From Squalus acanthias (lineage: Eukaryota): a stretch of DNA of 64,000 nt. The position numbers and the translations under genes were made by a program. The notes below the pieces were generated by a model. That model ran no database searches, was not told where the DNA came from, and saw only the letters and a program-made list of their open reading frames with translations. The number at the start of each line of letters is the position of its first letter. Position 1 is the first letter of the stretch. Location: contig CM059431.1 in NCBI GenBank assembly GCA_030390025.1, forward strand, positions 117,678,001 to 117,742,000, in the 5' to 3' direction. This document shows positions 11,865 through 24,460 of the stretch, one piece after another.

Positions 11865-12330
11865 AAAGAAAGACTTGCATTTATGTAGCACCTTTCAAGA
11901 CCTCAGGACACCCCAATGCACTTTACAGCCAAAGAAGTACTTTTGAAGTGTTGTCACTGTAGTAATGTAGGAAACATTGCCGCCAATTTGCGCACAGCAA
12001 GGTCTAACAACCAGCAATGTGATAATGACCAGATAATCTGTTTTAGTGATGCTGGTTGAGGGATAAATAATGGCCAGGGCATCAGGGAGAACTTTCCTGC
12101 TCTTCTTCGAAATAGTGCCACAGGATCTTTTACCTCCACCTGAAAGGGTAGACGGTGCCTCGGTTTAACAGCTTATCTGAATGACAGCACTTTCAACAAT
12201 GCAGCATTCCTTCAGTACTGCACGGGAGTATCAACCTAGATTTTGTGCTCAAGTCTTTGGAGTGGGACTTGATCCCACAACCTTCTGACTCAGAGGCAAG
12301 AGTGCGAGCACTGAGACACGGCTGACACCT
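11865..12330 (-). mobile_element. DeuSINE (SacSINE1-like): tRNA-like head, Deu domain, L2-type tail
   Basis: Head gtgtcagccgtg..tcagtg...gagtcagaaggttgtggg, central block (aaagatcc..tggcactatttcgaagaagagc) recalled as the Deu domain, and tail aaatgcaagtctttctt. Confidence 0.8.
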
Positions 12331-13189
12331 GAAATGGTACAATACCAAAGTCTACAAAGCCAAGGCAACATTATCATCTTCAATTTGATCCTGTACCCTC
12401 CTGATCAGGAGTGAGTTTGAGAATCAGAGGAAATAGGGGTCATACAGCTTAATTTTCTTTGCCAGGTGAGGGAAAGTTCATCCAGTTGTAGACTACTACT
12501 GTGGTAATTTTGATGAAAGATTGTCAGAAACCCCAAAGAAATGGTGCAAATGGTTTAAGGCAGAAAGCTCCATGGCAACAGTTGAAAATGGAGTAGTATA
12601 AGTCAGGGTTGAATGCTACTGCAAGTAATGTTGTTTTCAAACCTGAATTAAGTTATTCCTTTTCATTCAATCTAGGACTAGAAAGAACGACAAAACAAAT
12701 TCAAAATAGGAACTTTATTATACTAAGGTTCACGGACTTTGAAATCGAAGCTGAAAAGAAATCAGTCTTTTTAAAACACCAACTTGCCAATGTTTATGGT
12801 TGTCTAATGAGCTTCAAAGAGCTGTAGTCCTACCGTCAAAATAAGTTACGTCATATTCTGAAGATGAGTCACCTGTCCTGAGGACAATGATTTCATGGGA
12901 GGGGGAAGAAGTTTATGATGGAACATTAGTTAATATGTAGTGCTTTCCAAACAGAAATCATTCTTACGTTCAATATAAGTTAGAGCTAATTCTCCAACAA
13001 ATTAGGCTGTACGACCCCTATTTCCTTTGATTCTCAAACTCACTCCTGATCAGGAGGGTACAGGATCAAATTGAAGATGATAATGTTGCCTTGGCTTTGT
13101 AGACTTTGGTATCCTATCATTTCAGGTGTTAGCCATGGCTCAGTGCTCGCACTCTTGCCTCTGAGTCAGAAGGTTGTGGGATCAAGTCC
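12265..13189. repeat. Local inverted duplication: ~191-bp arms (12265-12455, 12999-13189) around a ~543-bp spacer
   Basis: The arms are reverse complements with roughly ten mismatches by eye, and include the SINE head plus its flanking non-SINE sequence. Confidence 0.88.
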
Positions 13190-13821
13190 AGCAGTAATGT
13201 AACGCTCCCTCCACCAGCACATTTCTGAAAATCAATTTGATGCCCATTAAAATCAATGGATGGAAAATCACAGACAATGAACCCATGATTTTCTGATACA
13301 TGGTGGCAGTGGGCAAGGTACTGTCTGTCTTTCCGAATTCACTTGTTGCATTACCCTTATTTTTTTATTTTAATTCTTCACTCCAAAAAGCTTAGATGGG
13401 TTATTTCTGTTGCCTTTTTCTTCCTTTGTTGCTTTGGAAATGTCTCTTTGCTTATTTATTTTATTAATTTCATGTTTTTGGATTTTTTTTTGGATGACTG
13501 TCAGCTGTCAGAATGAATGAATAGTGTGGATGGGGAAATACACGTCAATATGAAACAAATGTTGTCAAGTATTGACAGTTTGGCAAGGTAAGAAAATCTA
13601 GAGCATGAAAATATCTTTCAGCTAATCATACCAACTCCATGCATAGCCTATGTAGGATTATTCTGGCATAGCTCTACCAAAGAGCCAGCAAAAGCATGAT
13701 GGGCCGAATGGCCTCCTTCTGTGTTGTATCATTCTACAACTTCCTTCCCAGACCATATGTTGGTCCCCAATTTTGGAGGACACCATTTTCCTCCCCAGCC
13801 TTTCCCTGAATAAAAAAATCA

Positions 13822-14008
13822 TGGCGTGTAATGTTAACTTTTGCTGATAATATAAAATGGGTGATATCAGCTGGACTGCCTGTTATATATCACTCCTGAT
13901 TTTACATTCCATTGAAGTCAATAGAAAGAAAAATCATGAGAGGTGTATAATGGGGAGCTGATCCGATATCGCCCATTTTACATTATCACCAGAGTTAAAG
14001 TTACCCCC
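13822..14008. mobile_element. Small palindromic MITE (related copies ~13200-13355, 18725-18810, 30485-30640, 47870-47960, 58610-58705)
   Basis: Fold-back structure with central ccattgaagtcaat and ends resembling ggggtaa.../...ttacccc. Confidence 0.55.
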
Positions 14009-14344
14009 AAGGAGTGTTGTTAAATATTTCTGTAACTCAATCCTGCATTCTGGGATTTTATGATGACCAACTAGCCAAAGTATTCATTCAGATATGTTGA
14101 CTTTCTACTTACATCACTTCCAATAGTTGTAATCAGTTTGTTCTTTCACTGACTTTCTCTTCTTTTTTAGTAGTATTCTGATCTAGATTCCTATTGTTTT
14201 TCTTTGTAAACAATTTGAACAGTCTTTCCCAAATTCTCTTTTAAGAACATAAGAAATAGGAGCAGGAGTAGGCCATTTGGCCCCTCGAGCCTGCTCCGCC
14301 ATTTAATGAGATCATTTCTATCACAAGAAACCTTACAAGACAAA

Positions 14345-15190
14345 GGGGCCAATTTTAACTCCCTCTCCATCCAAGGGAAGCAGGGCGACAGCGGAATTAA
14401 AATTGTAGTGGTGGATGTATCGCCTCATTTTCTATACATCACCATAGTCCCTCTGCAGCTTTAATGGGTGGCAAAAGCACTCGTCTGAATCAGGTGGGAG
14501 CCTCATGATTTCATGCAAATTGAGATCCTCCGTAGAGGTGGAGAAGATGTTTCCAGTCGTGGGGGAGCCCAAAATTAGAGGTCATAAATAGAAGATAGTC
14601 ACTAATAAATCCAATAGGGAATTCAGGAGAAACACCTTTACCCAGAGAGTGGTTAGAATGTGGAACGCGCGACCACAAGGAGTAGTTGAGGCAAATAGCA
14701 TAGATGCATTTACAGCAAAGCTAGACAAGCACATGAACGAGAAAGGAATAGAAGGATATGCTGATAGGGTGAGATGAAGTAGGGTGGGAGGTGGCTCGTG
14801 TGGAGCATAAACACCTGCACAGACCAGTTGGGCTGAATGGCCTGTTTCTGTGCTGTACATTCGATGTAGCTCGATGTACATAGGACCCCGATGCCGTTTC
14901 AGTGGCCTACTGGCCAGAATGAGGCCAAAAAAGGTAAGCGTTACAATTACTTTTGTGAGACCAGAGGGAGCAAAAGTGCTCCTCCAAACTCCACAAGAAT
15001 AATGTGGGCCATTACCATCTTGGGACTCCCCCCACCCTAGCTCTCTCACAAACCAACCGGCCTCTGGGCCACCTGATAGGGTTGGAGGCGGCAGGCTGCA
15101 ACTCGCTGTGTGTATGTTAATGAGGCCTAGTCCTCAAAAATGAACCTGGCTTCCTACTACCTCACTCCACCTGATAGTTAAAATCCACTC
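14345..15190. mobile_element. MITE-like element containing a CR1 3' fragment (+, ~14530-14875)
   Basis: Ends ggggccaattttaact / gttaaaatccac. The inserted part has CR1 3' motifs (FTQRVVRMWN; gggctgaatggcctgtttctgtgctgta). Confidence 0.55.
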
Positions 15191-16080
15191 TAATGACTTG
15201 GAAGCTTTCTGTTATTTCTAATGCCGATCAATGTTTCTTATATGGTACAGCAGCCAAAGCTTGCCTGGAGGTACTTAGTTTTAATGCTTTCTAAGTTTGG
15301 ACAATTCAGTTTATTTGCTATTATTGGAGGAAGCTTTGTATTATCTTCCTCTGTTAATGACCTGTTTGAGCTCTCTCTGCTGGACTTGAGCGATACTACA
15401 GTAACCATGTGCTTTGAAGCATCGCCGCAAGGAATGAATGAATAAGCAGGAAAGACTCACACAGGTAAGTCTGCACAGAACTCAGGAGAAGTACAGGCCA
15501 CATGTAGTATTGGTAAAATATTACCACTGACAGATTTTAATGGTGACATTTAAAAAATCACAATGACAAACCCATCAAAGCGTTTGTGATGCTGTTTTAC
15601 ACTGAAACTCATAGAAGTTCCATTTTTCACAAAAACTTGTTACTGTCACTGGAGGTAAGTGAAACTTCAACTTGACAGCTCTGCACAATCTCTCCAGCGG
15701 CAGAATTTTCTCCTGTATATTGTTACAGATCGCAGGAGTTCTTTTAGCCACAGAAACTATATTTCTGCTGCATGAGTCACAAAACCCACTGGGCAAAATG
15801 GATTTCGTTGTTGTGAACTGATGCCAGTGTAGAATTGTTCACAAACATAAACCTAAGTTAATTCCATTAGAAATCATTAACTGAAAGTGGGACACAGTAG
15901 CATGACTGAACCTTCAGCTCCTTAAACGGCGCTGCAAGAAATAGAGCAAGTGGGGGTCATTTTCAACCATTGGCTGGCTGGTACTCTTGTGGAGTGGATC
16001 GGCAACCCATCGTAGAACCCATCTGATTTTCAATCCATACGGACTCTTTTAGCAATAAGTTCAATAAATTAATCATTTGA

Positions 16081-16472
16081 GTGTCATGCGTGGCTCAGTG
16101 GTAGAACTCTCGCCTCTGAGTTAGAAGGTTGTGGGTTCATAGTCCCATTCCAGAGACTTGAGCACATGATCCAAGCTGACACTCCCAGTGCAGTACTGAG
16201 GGAGCACTGCACTGTCGAAGGTGCCGTCTTTTGGATGAGATGTTAAACCAAGGCCACCCTCTCAGGTGGACGTAAAAGATCCCATGGCACTATTTTGAAG
16301 AAGAGCTGGGGAGTTCTGGACAATATTTATTCCTCAACCAATCATCACTGAAATAGATTATCAGGTCATTATCACAACAATGACTACACTTCAAAAGTAT
16401 TTAATTGGCTGCAAAGTGCTTCGGGGCGTCCTGAGGTCTGGAAAAGCGCTCTATAAATGCAAGTCTTTCTTC
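16081..16472 (+). mobile_element. DeuSINE (SacSINE1-like) copy with internal deletions
   Basis: Same head, Deu domain and tail as 11865-12330. Confidence 0.8.
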
Positions 16473-18896
16473 AAGGGGACAGAGTGCAGCAGAGTAGGAC
16501 TTCCACCTGCTACTTTGCCTTCCCGCATATATACATACTCAGGGTAAGCAGCCCGCAACTGTAGACTCACAACAGAACCGCCTGCCCCATAAGGTGGAAG
16601 AAGTTTGAGTGGGTATCACTGCTACTCTGATAAGGAGAACCTGAGACCCAGGAAGAGCTGAAGAAAAATGGAGATTTTATTTGTTTGCACCTCAGGGAGC
16701 AAAATCATTGATCCCTCACACTGTTGGCTTCAGCAGTTCTTTTGTGCTGATGTGGTGGCAAGGTGACTTGTTGTGCTGAAGCAGTTTAGACATTTGGGGG
16801 TAATTCCACAATCCCACGCTTTCAGCGGGGAGCTGTGCTTGTAGGGAGGGTAGGTTGCAGAGTTGCAGCTACAGTCTTGTCGCCACATCTCTGACCTCCG
16901 CTCCCCATGAGTGTAGCTCCCTGCTGGGAATGTGAGATAGCAGAAATGCCTTTATATTCCTAGAACAGCGCCATCTGGGGTACAGGCTGAGTAAATATCT
17001 GTAGCTTGTGTACATAACACTTATCAAAGAGGGGAATCTGTGCATAAGGCAGGACAGGCTTTTGTGAAATAAAGTCTTAATTGCTTAAAAATGCAGCCTC
17101 TGGCTTCTTTATGATACAAAGAAGCAGAAAATAAAAAAAAGATGTCATGAATTCTTGCTGCATAAACAAAACTAACCTTTACATTTGCTGAAAGATGACA
17201 ATGATGGTTTGTTTTTCCGATTTGGTTTTAAAAGGAACTCTACTGCTTAAATAAAAAAGAGTTACTACTAAACAAGTTAAAGCAAATAACATTTGAAAAT
17301 CACCAAACGATTAAGGGATTTGCACATTAATATTTCATAGAAGTCAGATTTTAGTTGTCAAAGTCATTAAAAAAAGCGCATTGGAATATCTTCAGTGGCT
17401 TAGTAGGTGAATACATCAGAAAGATCTGAGGTTTGATTCTTACTCTTCACGGAAGGAGCTGATTTCAGCTGTGACAAATGTAAAAGCATTATAATTGGCT
17501 TGTGTGGCTGGGAAGGGAAATTCATCCATGGTTCTTGCTTTTGATAGCTGGCTGGTTGTCCTGCTTGTGGTTTTGTGGGTTCAGTTCATCAGAGTCAGGC
17601 ATGTGGAGTGACAAACAAGGGAGCTTTAATTAACACAAGAGCAGTCCCCTTTCTGTGGTATTAAGCTTCTGTTAGAATTGACTCTGACTACCAATTGCAG
17701 GGTTTTACTCAGTGATGCTTCTCTTACAGTTTCCACTTGTCCCATCAGTTTGGTGTGTTCTTCCTATAATCAATCCAACTGATTTGCTATGGCTCTTCCA
17801 TAATTTATACTCACTCAACACTCTCCCAGTCTTTTATTAGAAGATTATTTATCATATCACATTACACATAATTGTCTCATCATCGTATATCAATGTCCAT
17901 ACTTCCAGGTCAATGTTTATTTGCTCCTACCTTCTTTCTATCTGGTGGAGACAGCTCCTCTACTCTCAGCCGCCCTTCAATTAGTATAATGTAATAGCGT
18001 AGTCCTGTAACCCAGATAACACTGCATCTCCTTTCTATACTTTTCTGACACATTCATTTTCCCCTAATTTGAGCTGTGGATATATATTCATAAGTCGCTT
18101 TTCACTTCCAAAATTCAGTATCTGTGTCGATCTTAACCTTCGACCATTCACCAGCACGATACCCACTTGCAATAATGACATAAAACAAACCTGGTAAAAG
18201 GCTGCCTTAATGGGATAATTGTAATGCTGTGTTAATAATGTGCTTATGCTTCCCGTCCTGAGTTCATCTGGCATTGCCTGGTCGGGTCTCTGGACGTTCC
18301 TGGTCAAATTTCCATTTTTAGGGCTGTACTAGCTGTTAGCTCAGTTATGCTGGCTCCTGAATACAAGACCTGTAATTTCTGCCCCTTGCTAAAGAAGAAT
18401 AGAACTTAAATTTTCATAGTGCATTTCATGTCCATTTGTGGTGCAGTCAATGTTGTTCTGTAGGCTCATATCACAACACATATGTGCAAAGCAAGATCCC
18501 ACAAACAGCAAATTAGCTAACAGGCCAGTTAATCTGTTTTAGTTGAGAGATGAATGCTGGCCAGAGCCCTGGGTTGAACTCTCTGCTCTTCTTCAAAATT
18601 GCCATGAGACCTTTTATGCCCACCTGAACAGATAGGCAGGCCTCATTTTAATATAGGATCCAAAAGACAGCACCTCCAACAATGACAGTATTCCCTCAGT
18701 ACTATATTGAAGTATGACTAGATTGGAAAGAAAGTCAGGCAGAGAGTAAAATGGGCAACTGATCCATTACCGCTCATTTTGTACCCTCACCGAAGTTGAA
18801 TTTCACCCCCTATCTGCTTAAATCTTAGAATGAGTATCATTTTTGTGATTTGTTTTTGACCATTTTGCCATAGAAAGGTTTTGGAAGGAGACTTAG

Positions 18897-19547
18897 GTGG
18901 GAATTTTAACCCCAAAAAATGGCTGTCATGCCTAAGATTTAACCACCATTTTAAATATAACAGTGGCTGGTTGGGTTTTGCAGGCCTCGGGGTACCCGCC
19001 AGCTAATGGAAGGCGAGGACTGCTGGATCCAGGAGATAAGTGCCTTTACACGTACCTCCTGGATCTAGTGTCCCTGCCTAACCCACCCACCCCACAATCA
19101 GAGAACTCCACCCCCCGCCCCCACGAGGCCTCCACCCATGCTCCTCCGGCTCCCCGTTGCCGTGTGCCTCCCACCCTCAATGCTCCTCCGGCCCCCCAAT
19201 ATCATGTGCCTTCCCCCCCCCACCCCTACCGTTCCTTCGGCCCTTTGATCATTCTCCAGAACCCTCCCCCACCGTACTCTTCCGGCCCTCCACTCATTCT
19301 CCGGACCCCACCTCCGATCAGCACCTGGCCCCCACTCGATCCCGCCCTCCCTCCTATCTTTGGCCAGGTGCCACAGGTCTACCCGTCCGCAGCCAGCCGG
19401 CCTCTCAATCTGGCTGGCTGCAGGTGGGAAACAGAGGTTTCCAATGTAAACCAGGCCCTGGAGTTAAATTCAGCAGGGCCTGCGGGAAACCCATTCTCTC
19501 GGATTTCCAGACCGCTTCCAACCCAACAAAGTATTAAAGTTCAGGCC
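18897..19547. mobile_element. C-rich non-autonomous DNA transposon (MITE-like)
   Basis: Ends ggtgggaattttaaccc / ttaaagttcaggcc. The low-complexity C-rich interior explains the Pro-rich ORFs. Confidence 0.5.
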
Positions 19548-20424
19548 TGAGTTTCAAATTTTGTATTTTACAGCATTGTGCATTTTAATAAGTTTCTGAG
19601 GCAATAGGTGGCTAAAATGCCAATAAGTTAATGTTTGATTTTTCTTCCTCATAGACTGTAAATTGTAAGCAATTCATTCGGCATTCTCCGCAATCGATCA
19701 AAAACTCACACCCATTATATTGGTAAATCTCTGCTCCTTTCTGGCTGTGAAGAGAGGGAGATACAGGCAGACAGACCCATCAAAGGCTGTGAGAAGGTTA
19801 GAATTCAGCAGTTTAAGAGGGTTTTTTTTCAGTAAAATAAGACAACCCATTGATATGGGGGTGGGGGGAGGGAAGCAAAATACGGCAAATGTTGGAAATC
19901 TGAAATAAAAACAGAAAATACAAGAAATACTCAGCCGGTCAGGCAGCATCTATGGAGAGAGAAGCATTAACAGGGGTAATTTTAAACCCCAACCACAACA
20001 ACTGGGAGAGGGTGGGTGGGGGGGGAGGGAGTTAAATTGGTAAAAATCTGAAACCCGACCCCAACCCGCCAGGATCGCGTCAACTTCCGGTTTAACCACG
20101 GAGGGTTTGTGGGTGTCCAAGTAACCCACTCTGGAGAGGTGGGTCAGTGATTATTAAATTTAAATGAGGCTCCATTCCTCAGAATTTGTGAGCCGTGAGT
20201 TTCTCCAGCATTTTCTGTTTTTATTACCACTGATATGGGCAAGTGTGTTCCTTACACTATTTTCTATTATAACACGAAGACAAGTTGTACTGATCACACT
20301 AAGTTAATCTGATCATATCTGTTGCTCTGTACATTCACTTGCTGTGAAATAGAGTAGCTTAATGATCAGTATCTGGCCTCACCTGAGCAAGTGGTTTCTT
20401 GGGTCACTTCCAAAGCGATTGAAG

Positions 20425-20564
20425 AAGCACATGTGCTAAAGGCATGAAGCTGGGTTACGCTATCATATAGATAGATAGAGGACAGTACAGGCACAGCCCT
20501 AAACAAACACATATCGAACTATCTGACAGCATAACCCAGGCTCATCTCTTTGGCACATGCTCTT
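20425..20564. repeat. Imperfect inverted repeat (~45-bp arms, ~48-bp loop)
   Basis: aagcacatgtgctaaaggcatgaagctgggttacgctatcatatag versus ctatctgacagcataacccaggctcatctctttggcacatgctctt. Confidence 0.7.
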
Positions 20565-21579
20565 CCTTAGACGGATTACAGGAGTGACTATAACCAATGT
20601 ACTTGAAAGAATATCTTAGGCAAGACCCTAAACTGGTCATAAATGCGACTTGAATCCACAACTGACTCTGAGACAAGAGTCCTACAACTGAGCCAAACTG
20701 ACACTTTTACCAGTTGACTACTGCACTGATGAAGAACTACCGCATTAACTTGATGTTAGTGTTTTGGTTTTAACTTACTATGTGATATTAAATTGCAAAT
20801 GACAACAAATACAGAATATACTCATCTACTGCTGTAGTCAGCTTCATGAATTCAAAAGTAAATGTTAGGTGTGATGTACCACAAAATATCTATTCAGTAA
20901 GCATTTGACACATGGTTCATGAATTGTTTATTAAAATCATGGAACTTTGGTTTCAGAAAACTGCCGCTAAAAGAAATAATTACCCAAGTGACTAAAGTTG
21001 CATTTATATGAATAATAAATTCATACTGGACATTATCCTTTAATACTGTGCTCATAAATAGTTAATGGCTGGCAATAATGAATATGCTGTGCCAAGATTT
21101 TTTGAATCAATATTAATAACAATGGTGCCTACGTTTCATTTTATTCACAGATTATATGCAATGCACATTTTTATTTATAATGGTCGCTGTAAATGACATT
21201 TGATGGATGGGCCTGTCTCACTACAATGGTGAACAAACTGGTATATTTTCCTTGTTAATGACTTTCCCTCTGCCAGCAACTCTATCTGATTACCATCCAT
21301 CAGCAAGGATGTGCAGTCAACTGTTACTTTTAGCTTTTGAGATTAAAGTGTTCTATTTGTCTTGCTTTCTTATCATCTTTACTTTTTATGTTTTTCATGA
21401 GTTTATTATCTTACCATTAATGTATATATATCTTCTTTCTCCCTGGTTGTCTCCTCTTGCTGGACTACTCCAAGCTTCTCCAGCTCCAAGTTAGTAGAGC
21501 AGGCAACTTCTAACTCCAGCTGCCATTGATATTGTTAGATGGCTGCCAGACTGAGTGCAAGGAAAGCTCAGAGGACATT

Positions 21580-24190
21580 TTTTAAAATTCATTCATGGGA
21601 TGTGGGCATCGCTGGCAAGGCCAGCATTCATTGCCCATCCCTAATTACCCTCGAAAGGTGGTGGTGAGCCGCCTTCTTGAAATACTGCAGTCCATGTGGT
21701 GAAGGTGCTCCCACAGTGCTGTTAGGTAGGGAGTTCCAGGATTTTGACCCAGCGACGATGAAGGAACGGCAATATACTTCCAAGTCAGGATGGTCTGTAA
21801 CTTGGAGGGGAACTTGGAGGTGGTGGTGTTCCCATGTGCCTACTACCCTTGTCCTTCTAGGTGGTAGAGGTTGTGGGTTTGGGAGGTGCTGCCGAATAAG
21901 CCTTGGCGAGTTGCTGCAGTGCATCTTGTAGATGGTACATACTGCAGCCACGGTACGTCAGTGGTGGAAGAAGTGAATGTTTAAGGTGGTGGATGGGGTG
22001 CCAATCAAGCGGGATGCTTTGTCTTGGATGGTGTCGAGCTTCTTGAGTGTTGTATTATTAAGGAAATCAAGGGATATGGGGATAGTGCAGGAAAGTGCAG
22101 ATGAGATAGAAGATCAGCCATGATCTTATTGAACAGCGGAGCAGGCTCAAAGGACCAAATGGCCTACTCCTGCTCCTATTTCTTATGTTGTTGGAGCTGC
22201 ATTCATCCAGGCAAGTGGAGAGCATTCCATCACACTCCTTATTTGTACCTTGTAGATGGTGGAAAGGCTTTGGGGGGTCAGGAGGTGAGACACTCACCGC
22301 AGGACACCTAGCCTCTGACCTGCTCTTGTTGCCACAGTATTTATGTGGCTGGTCCAGTTAAGTCTCAGGTCAATGGTGTCCCCCAGGATGTTGATGGTGG
22401 GGGATTCAATGATTGTAATGCTGTTGAATGTCAAGGGGCGGTGGTTAGACTCTTGCTTGTTGGAGATAGTCATTGCCTGGCACTTGTGTGGCGCGAATGT
22501 TACCTGCCACTTATCAGCCCAAGCCTGAATGTCGTCTAGGTCTTGCTGCATGTGGGCATGGACTGCTTCATTATCTGAGGAGTTACGAATGGCACTAACC
22601 ACTGTGCAATCATCAGCGAACATTCCCATTTCTGACCTTATGTTGGAGGGAAAGGTCATTGATGAAACAGCTGAAGATGGTTGGGCCGAGGACACTGTCC
22701 CGAGGAACTCCTGCAGTGATGTCCTGGGACTGTGATGATTGACCTCCAACCACCACAACCATCTTCCTTTGTGCTAGGTATGACTCCAGCCAGTGGAGAG
22801 TTTTGCCCCCGATTCCCATTTTACTAGGGCTCCTTGATGCCACACTTGGTCAAATGCTGTCTTAATGTCAAGGGCAGTCACGCTCACCTCACCTCTGGAA
22901 TTCAGCTCCTTTGTCCATGTTTGGACCAAGGCTGTAATAAGGTCTGGAGCCGAGTGATCCTGGCGGAACCCAAACTGGGCATCAGTGAGCAGGTTATTGG
23001 TAAGTAAGTGTCATTAGGTAGCACTGTCGACGACACCTTCCATCTCTTTGCTGATGATTGAGAGTAGACTGATGGAGCGGTAATTGGCCGGATTGGATTT
23101 GTCCTGCTTTTTGTGGACAGGACATACCTGGGCAGTTTTCCACATTGTCGGATAGATGCCAGTGTTGTAGCTGTACTGGAACAGCTTGGCTAGAGGCACG
23201 GCCAGTTCTGGAGCACAAGTCTTCAGCATGACAGCCGGTATGTTGTCGGGGCCCAAAGCCTTTACTTTATCCAGTGCGCCCAGCCATTTCTTGATATCAC
23301 ATGGAGTGAATCGAATTGGCTGAATACTGGCTTCTGTGATGGTGGGGACCTCAGGAGGAGGCTGATATGGATCATCCACTCGGCACTTCTGGCTGAAGAT
23401 GGATGCAAACGCTTCAGCTTTGTCGTTTGCACTCACGTGCTGGGCTTCACCATCATTCAGGATGGGGATGTTCATGGAGCCTCCTCCTCGTGTTAGTTGT
23501 AGTTAGCAGGAGGTTTCCCCTTGCCCATGCTTGACCTGAAGCCATGAGTCAATGTTAAGGACTCCTAGGGCCACTCCTTCCCGACTGTATACCACTGTGC
23601 CGCCACCCCTGGTGGGTCTGTCCTGCCGGTGGGACAGGACATACCCAGGGATGGTGATGGAAGAGTTTTGGGACATTGGCTGAATGGTATGATTCTGTGA
23701 GTATGACTATGTCAGGCTGTTGCTTGATTAGTCTGTGGGACAGCTCTCCCAATTTTGGCACAAGTCCGCAGATGTTGGTGACAAGGACTTTGGTCGACTG
23801 GGCTGGGTGTGTCGTTGTTGTGTCTGTAGCCGGTGCGGTAGGTCAATGCCGGGTGGTCCCTCCGGTTTTATACTTCTTATTGTTACAACTGAGTGGCTTG
23901 CTAGGCCATTTCAGAGTCAACCACATTGCTGTGGGTCTGGAGTCACATATAGGTCAGACCAGGTAAGTACGGCAGATTTCCTTCCCTAAAGGACAATAGT
24001 GAACCAGATGGGTTTTTACGAAATTCAATAGTTTCATGATCACCATTACTGATACTAGCTTTTTTATTCCAGATTTATTTAATAATTTAAATTCCCCAGC
24101 TGCCATGGTGGGATTTGAATTCACATCTGCTGAAGCATTAGTCCAGGCTTCTGGATTACAAATCCAGTAACATAACCACTATGCTACCAT
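21580..24190 (-). mobile_element. tRNA-headed non-LTR retrotransposon, both ends present, internal deletion in the EN region; CR1 tail inserted at 22053-22185
   Basis: Head matches 7529-7850. RT motifs KALGPDNIP, NYRSISLLS and MFADDCTV. Tail ...cccatgaatgaattttaaaaaa. Deletion junction near 23500. The CR1 insert is flanked by a TGTTG duplication. Confidence 0.9.
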
Positions 24191-24319
24191 TCTGTTTGCC
24201 TACAGTGTCACTCCTCCCTGCATTGCCATAACTCTGCTAAGGGTCACTGAAAAATGGTTTAACATGTGTCCAAATTAGGAAACACTCAGTCACACTTGCT
24301 TATAAATCTGTTACTTCTC

Positions 24320-24460
24320 CAACTTTTTCCAGTTATGACGAAGGGTCATCGAGCTGAAATGTTAACTCTGTTTCTCTCTCCACGATGCTGCCTTACCTGC
24401 TGAGGGTTTCCTGCATTTTCTGTTGTTGTTTCAGATTTCCAGCATCCACAGTATTATGCT
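24320..24460 (+). mobile_element. Penelope terminal fragment (related fragments ~19875-19970 and ~1410-1445)
   Basis: Reverse complement of the 50867-51000 terminus, including a degenerate hammerhead motif at 24331-24367. Confidence 0.7.

Noticed and set aside
15200..15850. Protein-like minus-strand frames (DASKHMVTVV..., PSGFCDSC...)
   Set aside because: Bounded by stops without convincing acceptors; cannot be supported as exons.
17602..18020. LTR-like segment (TG...CA)
   Set aside because: No TSD, and motifs too weak to call.
18963..19550. 195-aa proline-rich ORF
   Set aside because: Product of the C-rich interior of a MITE-like element.
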